DNA of 64,000 nucleotides, taken from positions 244,581-308,580 of the forward strand of contig CAYMSV010000001.1 in NCBI GenBank assembly GCA_964393205.1, in the 5' to 3' direction. The position numbers and the translations under genes are program-made. This document shows positions 55,672 through 64,000 of this stretch, in pieces. Under the pieces are notes generated by a model. The model saw only the letters and a list, made by a program, of their open reading frames with translations. It did not search any database and was not told the origin of the DNA. Source of the DNA: an uncultured Pseudomonadales bacterium. GTDB taxonomy: Bacteria; Patescibacteriota; Microgenomatia; UBA1400; PJMF01. How positions within the stretch are numbered: position 1 is the first letter of the stretch; each line of letters begins with the position of its first letter.

Positions 55672-56718
55672 ATGGAAGACATAATTATTGAGCATTATTT
55701 AGCAAAAAAAACGGTATTAATTACTGGCGCTGCTGGCTTTATTGGCTCTCACCTGGTAGATAAGTGTCTGAGTTTGGGGGCGGTGGTGATTGGTGTGGAT
55801 AACTTTATCACTGGTCGGCGAGTGAATTTGAGTCACTTAGAAGACAATCCAGATTTTTATTTGGTAGAAGCTGATGTTAGTCAGACAGCTGAGCAATATT
55901 TGACCTTAGCCCTCGATCAACTAGAAGCTGAGAGACCAGAAACGGCCAAAATTGATGTGCTTTTTCACCTAGCCTCTCCAGCTAGCCCACCAGCCTATCA
56001 GGAACAACCAATTGAAACTTATTTAGTCAATTCGATTGGTACCCATAATCTATTGAGTTTTTTACAAAGCCACTACCCTAGTGCGTGTTTGGTTTATGCC
56101 AGCACCAGTGAGGTTTATGGTGATCCCCTAGTTCATCCCCAAAGTGAAGATTATTGGGGCAATGTTAATCCCAATGGGCCGCGCTCTTGCTATGATGAGA
56201 GTAAGCGCTTGGGTGAAACTATTTGTGGGGTGTTTACTCGCCTCTACCAAATGGATATTCGCTTAGCCAGAATTTTTAATACCTATGGCCCGAGAATGCG
56301 TCCTGATGATGGACGGATTCTACCCAACTTCATCAATCAAGCCCTAAAAAAAGAGCCCCTAACTGTCTATGGTGATGGCAAGCAAAGTCGCTCTTATTGT
56401 TTTGTCAGTGATTTAGTAGAGGCTTTAGTGGAGCTAGGTAGTAAAGAAGATTTGGCTGGTGAGACAATTAATTTAGGTAATAATGAAGAATTTACCGTTT
56501 TGCAAACTGCGCTCTTGGTGCAAAAGATGATTAATGAGCAAGTTGCCAAAGGTGATGTTGTTTTTGAAAAATTACCAACCGATGATCCAACTCGCAGACA
56601 GCCAGATATTAGCAAGGCAGAGAAATTACTCAATTGGCAGCCAAAAATTGAATTTAGAGATGGTTTGAGAAGAACCATTGAGTATTTTCAGACTAGCGAA
56701 GCGCATATTTTGGAGTAA
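55672..56718 (+). CDS. UDP-glucuronate decarboxylase (UDP-xylose synthase), extended SDR
   Basis: Motifs GAAGFIGS, HLASPASP, STSEVYGDP, YWGNVNP.GPRSCYDESKR, RIFNTYGP and DDPTRRQPD. Confidence 0.9.
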   Translation: MEDIIIEHYLAKKTVLITGAAGFIGSHLVDKCLSLGAVVIGVDNFITGRRVNLSHLEDNPDFYLVEADVSQTAEQYLTLALDQLEAERPETAKIDVLFHLASPASPPAYQEQPIETYLVNSIGTHNLLSFLQSHYPSACLVYASTSEVYGDPLVHPQSEDYWGNVNPNGPRSCYDESKRLGETICGVFTRLYQMDIRLARIFNTYGPRMRPDDGRILPNFINQALKKEPLTVYGDGKQSRSYCFVSDLVEALVELGSKEDLAGETINLGNNEEFTVLQTALLVQKMINEQVAKGDVVFEKLPTDDPTRRQPDISKAEKLLNWQPKIEFRDGLRRTIEYFQTSEAHILE

Positions 56719-57984
56719 TTAGGATTTAAACTCTCTTTTCCACTCAATTTTAAGCATTAGCCAGGTGAATAACAGTAATCCAGCTCGAGTAATCAGCCGT
56801 ACCCAAGCACTAGCGATAATGCCATATTGAGGCACAAAGATCATATTACCAAACAAGATGATGATCAGTTGCAAAATAGCACTCAGGCTAAAGTAGCGAT
56901 TGTTTTTGAAGGCATAAAAAGGACTAATAAAAGGCATTAGGGCCACACTGATAAAGCCAGCACCAAGTAAAATATGCAAAACATTGAGGGCACTTAAATA
57001 GTCACTACCAATAGTAAAGCGAATTAAATATGGGGCGAAAGGTAAACTGAGAGCAAAAGCTAAAACACTCAGAGCAAAAATTAGCCAAGCTTTGCCAATA
57101 AAGATCTTCAAATCTTTAGCTTTTTTGTAAGCAGCTACCCGAGGATTAAGGACATTAGCCATGGCATAGGCTACCACATAAAGGAGCATGGCAATGCGAC
57201 TCACTCCAGCCAGCAAACCGGTTTCAAAATCTGTCAAATAGTGTTTGGCAAAGAGAATATCCAAATTTTCAATCAGTCCAGCGACTATGACGCTCAAGGC
57301 ACTATGGCGCAAGATCGCTTTTAGTTGAGACTGAGCTTTGGGTTTTTTGATCTTGAGATCATAAGCTAGCCAGCGGGGCTTAAAGAAATGAAAGAGCAAT
57401 AAACTGGGCAGAGCAGCTAAAAGATAAAGACTAATAATTAAATTAATATCAGTAATCCCCTGCCAATAAACAAAAATGGCTAAAAGTAATTTAAATAGGC
57501 TGGGAAAAAAATATGAAAAAGCAGCCAACTTATTGTTTCCCAAACTTTGCAGGGTAGCCAAACTACTTTCAAAAAAGGTAGTAGACATTGAAACAAGAAA
57601 AGTTAAGGGAATCAAGGCAGGATTGTCGATATTGAGCAGTGCAGAAATTTGACTACTAAAAATTAAGCCAAGTGCCGTAATCAGTAGCACCAATACCAAG
57701 CGATATTTCAAACAGAGTGAGAGAAAAATATTGATTTTTTTCTTTTTACTAGTACCACCAACTAATTTTTGCAAAGCAATATTCAGGCCACTATCTTGAA
57801 GGCGATTGAGAATCAAAGACAGAGAAAAAGCGCTAGAAAAATAGGCAAAACTAATGGGACCAAGCAAGCGAGAAATTAAAATAATAGCAACAGCGCTAAA
57901 AGCGGAAGCAATCAGCGAGCTAGTGATCATCAAGAGCGAACCAGCGATACCTTGATGCCGGCGTAAATAGCGATTAAAAAACAT
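56719..57984 (-). CDS. Oligosaccharide flippase (MOP/Wzx-like)
   Basis: 12 or more hydrophobic segments; motifs ISRLLGP, NLDIL and VPQYGIIASA. ATG at 57984 preferred to TTG at 58020. Confidence 0.75.
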   Translation of the reverse strand: MFFNRYLRRHQGIAGSLLMITSSLIASAFSAVAIILISRLLGPISFAYFSSAFSLSLILNRLQDSGLNIALQKLVGGTSKKKKINIFLSLCLKYRLVLVLLITALGLIFSSQISALLNIDNPALIPLTFLVSMSTTFFESSLATLQSLGNNKLAAFSYFFPSLFKLLLAIFVYWQGITDINLIISLYLLAALPSLLLFHFFKPRWLAYDLKIKKPKAQSQLKAILRHSALSVIVAGLIENLDILFAKHYLTDFETGLLAGVSRIAMLLYVVAYAMANVLNPRVAAYKKAKDLKIFIGKAWLIFALSVLAFALSLPFAPYLIRFTIGSDYLSALNVLHILLGAGFISVALMPFISPFYAFKNNRYFSLSAILQLIIILFGNMIFVPQYGIIASAWVRLITRAGLLLFTWLMLKIEWKREFKS

Positions 57985-58055
57985 CCTTTTTATTTTACTA
58001 GATAGTGAGAGGAGAAACAATTAAACTTTTTTCTAGATCATGCTAAGATAATTCT

Positions 58056-58616
58056 ATGCTTTTTTATCTAGTTTTAATTTTCTTCAGTTTATCCCTAGTT
58101 AACTTTGTTTATTGGCCTGTACAAGACTACTTTGTTAGGCAAGAATTATTAATTACCAGTATCCCTAGTATTTACCCCACTCTTTTCATATTGTTAAGTA
58201 TTATTGTTTTGACCTTGTTACAAAATAAATTAAAAAAAATTTCAGCAGGCTTATTATTGGCTATCTCAGTAGTAGGTTTAGTAGGATCTTTATTGGTTTT
58301 TGATAAATTTTATTTAAAAAATAGAGATTTTTATCAAAGTCCAGTAATTTATCAAATTTCAGAACCATGGCTTATTCAAGGTAGTACGGTAAAAATCACT
58401 GGCATTAGGTTTTTTGATTCAAATCAGGAGCGAGGAAGGGTTATAATAGGAGATCAAGAATTATTAATTGTGGATTGGCGAGATTATGGAATTATTGCTA
58501 GATTGCCAGTGCCACACAGTTTTGGTGATCGGAAAATACAAGTCATTCGCTCTGATCAAAAACTAAGCAATCAAGTTATGGTAAAAATTAAAGATCCAGC
58601 AACTTTAGGAAATTAA
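58056..58616 (+). CDS. Membrane protein with C-terminal IPT/TIG-like Ig domain
   Basis: Three TM segments, then PVIYQIS..GSTVKITG..F..V.IG..I.DW.D..I...P, matching the IPT pattern. Confidence 0.55.
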   Translation: MLFYLVLIFFSLSLVNFVYWPVQDYFVRQELLITSIPSIYPTLFILLSIIVLTLLQNKLKKISAGLLLAISVVGLVGSLLVFDKFYLKNRDFYQSPVIYQISEPWLIQGSTVKITGIRFFDSNQERGRVIIGDQELLIVDWRDYGIIARLPVPHSFGDRKIQVIRSDQKLSNQVMVKIKDPATLGN

Positions 58617-58620
58617 AAAT

Positions 58621-59556
58621 ATGAAATTAATTATCATGATTCCCTGCTTTAATGAAGAGAAAACTCTTCCTTTGGTAATTAACTCAATTCCTAAAAAAAT
58701 AGTTGGCATTGATAAAATTGAAACATTAATCGTGGATGATGGTTCTAGTGATCAAACAGTGCTTGTCGCTAAAAAACTCAAAGTCAACCACATCATTCAA
58801 CACAAAAATAATAAGGGTTTAGCTAGAGCTTTTGAAACTGGTTTAAACGCCTGTTTGGATAAAGGCGCAGATATTATTGTCAATACAGATGGAGACAATC
58901 AATATCCTCAACAAGATATAACTCGTTTAATAAAACCGATTTTAGATGGCAGTGCTGAAATTGTTATTGCTGATCGCCAAACAGATAAGATTAGTCACTT
59001 TTCTCCTCTTAAAAAGTTTTTGCAAAAATTTGGTAGCTGGTGGGTACAGTTTTTATCTGGTACAAAGATTCCTGATGCAGTGTCAGGTTTTCGAGCCTAT
59101 AGCCGTGAAGCAGCACAACAGCTAAATGTAGTTACCGATTTTTCATATGTAATTGAAACCATCATTCAAGCTAGTAAGAAAAAAATTGCAATTACTTCAG
59201 TTCCTGTTATTACTAATCCAAAAACCAGAGAATCTAGATTATTCAATAGCATGTGGGGACATGTTAAAAAATCTGGAGCAACCATGGTAAGAGTATTTGC
59301 CATGTATGAGCCGCTCAAAACTTTTAGTTTTTTGGCACTAGTGATGTTATTGCCAGGATTATTCTTAGCAGGTCGATTTTTATATTTTTATTTTATTGAA
59401 GGAACTGGTACTGGTCACCTACAATCTTTGTTGCTGTCGGCTGTGTTAATTATTGTGGGTTTTCAAATATTCTTAATTGGTTTAGTGGCAGATTTGATTG
59501 CAAGTAATAGGAAATTAATAGAAAAAATAATTAAGAAAACTAAAAGTGCATCCTAA
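58621..59556 (+). CDS. GT2 family glycosyltransferase with two C-terminal TM helices (DPM/GtrB-like)
   Basis: Motifs IPCFNEE, VDDGSSD, TDGDNQY and DAVSGFRAY; C-terminal TM hairpin. Confidence 0.88.
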   Translation: MKLIIMIPCFNEEKTLPLVINSIPKKIVGIDKIETLIVDDGSSDQTVLVAKKLKVNHIIQHKNNKGLARAFETGLNACLDKGADIIVNTDGDNQYPQQDITRLIKPILDGSAEIVIADRQTDKISHFSPLKKFLQKFGSWWVQFLSGTKIPDAVSGFRAYSREAAQQLNVVTDFSYVIETIIQASKKKIAITSVPVITNPKTRESRLFNSMWGHVKKSGATMVRVFAMYEPLKTFSFLALVMLLPGLFLAGRFLYFYFIEGTGTGHLQSLLLSAVLIIVGFQIFLIGLVADLIASNRKLIEKIIKKTKSAS

Positions 59557-60616
59557 TTCTCGTCAAGTTTTATTTGTAACAAGAAAGTATCCTCCTGCTG
59601 TGGGCGGTATGGAAAAAATGCATTTCGAATTATCTAAATCATTGGAAAAAGTACGCTCAACAAAAATTATTGCATATGGTGGCAGTCAAAAATTTTTACC
59701 AGTTATTTTACCAATTTTGTTTTTCCGAACAATTTTGTTTATTTTTAAATATAAGTCAGCAGATATTATTTTAGGTGATGCTTTACTTAGTATTTTTATT
59801 CCTATTTTAAAATTGTTTGGTAAGAACAAAATTATGGTAATCGCTCACGGTTTAGATATTACCTATAATCGTTTTTTTTATCAACAAATAGTCATACCTA
59901 ATCTGAAGAGGGCCAACATTGTTGTTAGTATTAGTAATGCTACTAAAAAGGAACTCATAAAAAGAGGAATTTCAGAAACACAAGTTAATGTGATACCCGT
60001 TGGTATTAATATTAGTAATTATCAAAAAGAGATTAATTTAAAACTAGTAAAGAATGAATTAGCAAAAAAAATTAATTTAAATTTATCTAATAAAAAATTG
60101 TTATTGACGGTTGGTAGATTAGTTGAAAGGAAGGGACATGCTTGGTTTATAAACCAAGTTATGCCACTTCTAGATGATGATTTTATTTATTTAATTATCG
60201 GAGAAGGTGAACAAAGAAAAAATATTGAAGAATTGATTGCTCACAAAAAATTACAAAAAAGAGTTTTTTTGCTTGGGAAAGTTAATGAGAACTATAAGAT
60301 TGAATTATTGAGATTAGCTGATGTTTTTATCATGCCCAATATTGAAGTTAAAAATGACCCTGAGGGTTTTGGTATTGTGGCTTTAGAAGCAGCAGCAGCT
60401 GGTTTGCCAATTATAGCAACCAAACTGGAAGGTATAAAAGATTCAATTGCAAACAATTTGAGTGGTTATTTAATAAAGTATATTAACGCCGACATATTTG
60501 TTAAAAAAATAATTAAAGCGATAAAAAACAAAAAATTAAAAAATTCTTCAATAAAATATGCTTATCAATTTTCATGGGATCTTATAATTAATAATTACTT
60601 AAAAGTGCTAGTGTAA
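59546..60616 (+). CDS. GT4 family glycosyltransferase
   Basis: Motifs YPPAVGGME, HGLD, VGRLVERKG and EGFGIVALEA. Confidence 0.88.
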   Translation: MHPNSRQVLFVTRKYPPAVGGMEKMHFELSKSLEKVRSTKIIAYGGSQKFLPVILPILFFRTILFIFKYKSADIILGDALLSIFIPILKLFGKNKIMVIAHGLDITYNRFFYQQIVIPNLKRANIVVSISNATKKELIKRGISETQVNVIPVGINISNYQKEINLKLVKNELAKKINLNLSNKKLLLTVGRLVERKGHAWFINQVMPLLDDDFIYLIIGEGEQRKNIEELIAHKKLQKRVFLLGKVNENYKIELLRLADVFIMPNIEVKNDPEGFGIVALEAAAAGLPIIATKLEGIKDSIANNLSGYLIKYINADIFVKKIIKAIKNKKLKNSSIKYAYQFSWDLIINNYLKVLV

Positions 60617-60625
60617 CTATAAAAC

Positions 60626-61456
60626 ATGAAAGCTTCTGTTTGTATTACTAGATATTGTGAGTCAGATTCTATATTAATTAGATGTCTTAACAGTATTTTT
60701 AATCAAAAAAGCATTTTTTTAGAAGTTGTAGTAATTGATCAAAAACCAACAAAAAAAATTGAAAATTTTTGTTTAAAAAACAAAAACAAATTACCAATTA
60801 TTTATAGGAAAACAAAACCATTGGGTTTGTCTGTTGCAAGAAATGTTGGCATCACTGAATCAAGTAATGATTTTATTTTATATCTAGATGCTGACGCTAC
60901 GGCAGAAGAAAATTGGGCTTATTTTTTAACAAAAACTCTCAATAGAGATAGAGTTGCAATAGCAGGAAGTAGAATACTTCCTTTGTGGGGGGAACGAGAA
61001 CCTATTTTTTTAAAATCGAAAGTAATTTGGGAACAATATTCAATGCTTGATTTTGGTGAATTAGAAAAAGAAACCACTAAAATAATTGGTGCTGGATTTG
61101 GTATTGATAGAAAAAAAACGAAAAATCTAGTATTTAATACTAGGCTTGGAAGATTTAATGGAAATCTTTTAGGCGGTGAAGAAACAGAATTCTGTAAGAA
61201 GATGAGAAACAAGGGATTTTTAATTTTCTATAATGGAAAATCATTGGTTTATCATCATGTATCTAAAGAAAGAACTACCTTAAATTGGCTAATTAAAAGA
61301 CTTTTTGCGGCAGGAAGAAGCCGTTTAAATCAAGGGGGGTATCCAAAATCCACTCATAAAAAGAATGTTTATGACCTTGTTTTTATGCCTCTAATTGTTG
61401 TTCCCTATATTTGTGGTTTAATATTTCAAAAACTAATTACTATCAATAATGATTAA
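60626..61456 (+). CDS. GT2 family glycosyltransferase
   Basis: Motifs GLSVARN, YLDADA and GGEETEF. Confidence 0.82.
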   Translation: MKASVCITRYCESDSILIRCLNSIFNQKSIFLEVVVIDQKPTKKIENFCLKNKNKLPIIYRKTKPLGLSVARNVGITESSNDFILYLDADATAEENWAYFLTKTLNRDRVAIAGSRILPLWGEREPIFLKSKVIWEQYSMLDFGELEKETTKIIGAGFGIDRKKTKNLVFNTRLGRFNGNLLGGEETEFCKKMRNKGFLIFYNGKSLVYHHVSKERTTLNWLIKRLFAAGRSRLNQGGYPKSTHKKNVYDLVFMPLIVVPYICGLIFQKLITINND

Positions 61457-63344
61457 GACTATAATAGACTATTTTCTAGCAAATTCGCCAATAAGAGGTT
61501 TTCCTGGAAACTCAGTCCTTGGAACTTTTTTAATTATTATTATTCCATTATTAATAGGGATTTTTATTAAACATTTATTTTATAAGAACAAGTGTTTACA
61601 AAAAAATATTTCAAACTTGATTTTTGCTATTCTTATCTTAATTCTTTTATATTTTATTTTTTTAAACAAGTTTGATGTATACCATTACTATATTTTTTTT
61701 ACCATAACCTTTGTTTTATCTCTATTGTATTGGGGATATATTTTATTGATAAAAAAGGATAACTCTATTTATTTAAAATCTTTTCTTAATGAAAAACTCA
61801 ATGAAAAAATTGAGGTATCTAGAAACAAATCACGTTTTCAATTTATTTATTTAGTTATAGTGGTCACATCACTTGCATTTATCAACATACTCTTAATAGG
61901 TGGAGATTTTAAAAAGGTTGTTGGAGCTGATACTTGGTGGCATATTGCTTCTTCTATAAGAATTAATGATGTGCTTAGATTTAGAAATCCATTATTTAAC
62001 AATGCAATTAATCATTATCCACCCTTATCATATATTTTACCGAATATATTAAGTAAAATTGGGTTGTCAATTACTCAAAGTTTTAATTTTTTAGCAATAT
62101 TATTTAATATTTTGAATACACTTTTATTTTATCTTGTTCACATAAAAATTATTAAAAATAAACAAGCAGCCTTGGTTTCAGCTTTATTAACATCAAAAAT
62201 AATTGCTGATTATACACCCGCGGTTTTAGGTTACTTTTTATTAAATTTATCATTATTGGTTTTTTATAAATTCCTTCTGTCTTCCAAAAAAATAATATAC
62301 TTATTTTTTTATCTAATAACAATAACTTTAATTTTACTAACTCATTATGAGTTTTTTATAATTTCTTTAGTGATACAATTTTTTTTCTTAGTTTTTTATG
62401 TATTATTAAAAATAAAATTAACCAAACAAATTATAAAACAACTAAACCAACTTTTTCTTTATGCTGAAAAATATATTTATTTTCCAAACGAGTATATTAT
62501 TATTATTTTAGGAATACTCATATCAATTTATTTAAACTTTGTTAACAAAGAAGCTCTTGTTTTAAAATCAGAACTTCCCATGAATCTATATAATAACATC
62601 TCAATATTAAGTTTTTTCTTTATAATCTATATACCAATTTATTTAATAAAAGAAAAAATTATAATTCATCATAAAATTTTATTTATTTCTGTTTTATTTC
62701 TTTCTACAAATACTTTTTTTTACTTTATTCGTATTTTTAATATTCATCATGTTCGTTTTTCAGAATATGCTTTTAGTGTCATTGCTTATCCAATAATAGT
62801 TAATGAACTTTTTAAAAAATTTTCAAGAACAATTAACAAACTTTCTTTTACGATAGTTTCCATATTAGTTCCATATTCTATAATATCTTCTTTTTATCCA
62901 AATTATATAAAAGCATCTGAATCCGCATATATTAACAAAATTAAACAAACATCGGCCTTGGGTTTGGAAAGGATTGATAGCGAAGCAGTTGTTTTTATTG
63001 AGCCAAGTGATCTTCTTATTAGGTTCTTTGCTCTTAATTATAATTTTAAAATTTTTGCTGTTAGCCTAAATAACAATGCTGGATCAAGACCTTTGACAAC
63101 AATTCCTGATTTGGTTGAAACTTTTGGTTTTTTTGACATAAAAAAGAGATTAAAATTAACTGAAAAATTTTTGGATACTGGGGATGTGAATTTATTAAAA
63201 AATAGTAAATATAAAATTAATTATCTCTTATTTAGTCATGATTATTTTAACAAGGTAAACAAAAAACGATTATTTGAAATTAATGATGTTAGTATTATTA
63301 ACCAAAACAGCTTTTACGTTTTGATAAAAATTACAGACTTATAA
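61449..63344 (+). CDS. Polytopic membrane protein, possibly GT-C fold
   Basis: Very hydrophobic and AT-rich; loop GADTWWH...HYPP; C-terminal soluble domain. Confidence 0.5.
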   Translation: MIKTIIDYFLANSPIRGFPGNSVLGTFLIIIIPLLIGIFIKHLFYKNKCLQKNISNLIFAILILILLYFIFLNKFDVYHYYIFFTITFVLSLLYWGYILLIKKDNSIYLKSFLNEKLNEKIEVSRNKSRFQFIYLVIVVTSLAFINILLIGGDFKKVVGADTWWHIASSIRINDVLRFRNPLFNNAINHYPPLSYILPNILSKIGLSITQSFNFLAILFNILNTLLFYLVHIKIIKNKQAALVSALLTSKIIADYTPAVLGYFLLNLSLLVFYKFLLSSKKIIYLFFYLITITLILLTHYEFFIISLVIQFFFLVFYVLLKIKLTKQIIKQLNQLFLYAEKYIYFPNEYIIIILGILISIYLNFVNKEALVLKSELPMNLYNNISILSFFFIIYIPIYLIKEKIIIHHKILFISVLFLSTNTFFYFIRIFNIHHVRFSEYAFSVIAYPIIVNELFKKFSRTINKLSFTIVSILVPYSIISSFYPNYIKASESAYINKIKQTSALGLERIDSEAVVFIEPSDLLIRFFALNYNFKIFAVSLNNNAGSRPLTTIPDLVETFGFFDIKKRLKLTEKFLDTGDVNLLKNSKYKINYLLFSHDYFNKVNKKRLFEINDVSIINQNSFYVLIKITDL

Positions 63345-64000
63345 GAGAACTTAAAAAAATTACATTCTTTTTTTTTAAAAACTTTTTAGTTACTTTATCT
63401 ATTTTAATCTCATCGAATAGTGGAAAAAGATATATTTTTTTATTTATTTTAACGTTTAGTAAAGAAGATGAACTAATTGTAACTCCTAAGCTTTTTTTAT
63501 CGAATGTAATCAACTCAGCGGGAATATTACTTAATAATGTACAATTAATGTTTTTAAAAATCATTCTATTCTCTCTTGGATGGGGTTTTATATAAAGATG
63601 ATAACTATAATTTTTACAATATTTTTCTAGTGTTTCTAATAAATTTAAAAATGTGCTTTTTGAAACTCCTCGTAATTCATCATATGGCTGAGAGAAAAAA
63701 ACAACTCCTTTTTTTGATATATCAAAATTAAATAAAGATTTTTTAAATAAACTCTTAATTTTATCTTTATTTTTTTCAACAAAATAAAAAGAATTTTCAT
63801 TATAAATATGATCAATACCTTTTTTATTTATTAAGGAAACTTCACTAACATACAAGCTTTGATTTAATTTTAATTCACCAATATATTTTAATTTTTTCAT
63901 TTTAAAAATGATATCTAAGAACAAATCAATTAATTTTTTTTTGTTTTGATTTAGTGTGCTGGAATAAATGCCAACCCCTTCTTCTAAAAGGAAAAATTTA
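63331..64000 (-). CDS. Sialyltransferase / nonulosonate transferase-like protein (5' end beyond the window)
   Basis: The frame stays open to the window edge, adding KFFLLEEGVGIYSS upstream of the track ORF (D/E-D/E-G motif). Also FFSQP, IKPHPRE (HP motif), PAEL and SSS. Confidence 0.7.
   Translation of the reverse strand, partial: KFFLLEEGVGIYSSTLNQNKKKLIDLFLDIIFKMKKLKYIGELKLNQSLYVSEVSLINKKGIDHIYNENSFYFVEKNKDKIKSLFKKSLFNFDISKKGVVFFSQPYDELRGVSKSTFLNLLETLEKYCKNYSYHLYIKPHPRENRMIFKNINCTLLSNIPAELITFDKKSLGVTISSSSLLNVKINKKIYLFPLFDEIKIDKVTKKFLKKKNVIFLSSLISL

Noticed and set aside
63361-63945. T9 homopolymer tracts in the sialyltransferase-like gene as phase-variation sites
   Set aside because: Runs of this length are expected in such AT-rich, Lys-rich coding sequence; the frame is intact.
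1-64000. CRISPR arrays, IS elements, integrases, inteins, rRNA or a recoded genetic code
   Set aside because: No repeat-spacer pattern or transposase/integrase motifs were seen; the visible dnaE portion is uninterrupted; TGA acts as a stop (ftsA, ftsL candidate, ruvA, ruvC).

Overview
Gene-dense, AT-rich bacterial chromosome segment using the standard code (TGA acts as a stop, e.g. in ftsA). It looks like a small-genome Patescibacteria/CPR organism, probably Microgenomates; this is inferred from gene content and protein style, not from a marker tree. From left to right it contains: partial dnaE; gatCAB; htpX, an FkbM methyltransferase and lemA; three tRNAs flanking an MFS gene; a small surface-glycan cluster; lepB; murB-murA-mraY-ftsW-murG-ftsQ-ftsA-ftsZ; type-2 ileS; rodA; rplU, a Trm11-like methyltransferase and rpmA; parB; a converging mraZ-rsmH-ftsL-ftsI block; alpha2-type glyS; recO; and a ~28 kb surface-glycosylation region. 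That region holds DUF4012, a priming phosphoglycosyltransferase, manC, many GT2/GT4 enzymes, GT-C/PMT-like and O-antigen-ligase-like proteins, UDP-xylose synthase and a flippase. It is interrupted by ruvCAB and ends in a very low-GC block with a sialyltransferase-like gene. The most notable signals are: (1) an ileS T-box riboswitch combining an ultra-short Stem I (AUC specifier in the apical loop) with a transcription terminator/antiterminator platform; (2) a recurring -10 box exactly 6 nt (sometimes 7-8) before start codons, suggesting widespread leaderless mRNAs; (3) an LCP-like signature in the DUF4012 protein; (4) MurA Cys-to-Asp and MurB Ser-to-Cys active-site variants. No CRISPR array, transposase, integrase or rRNA was seen.
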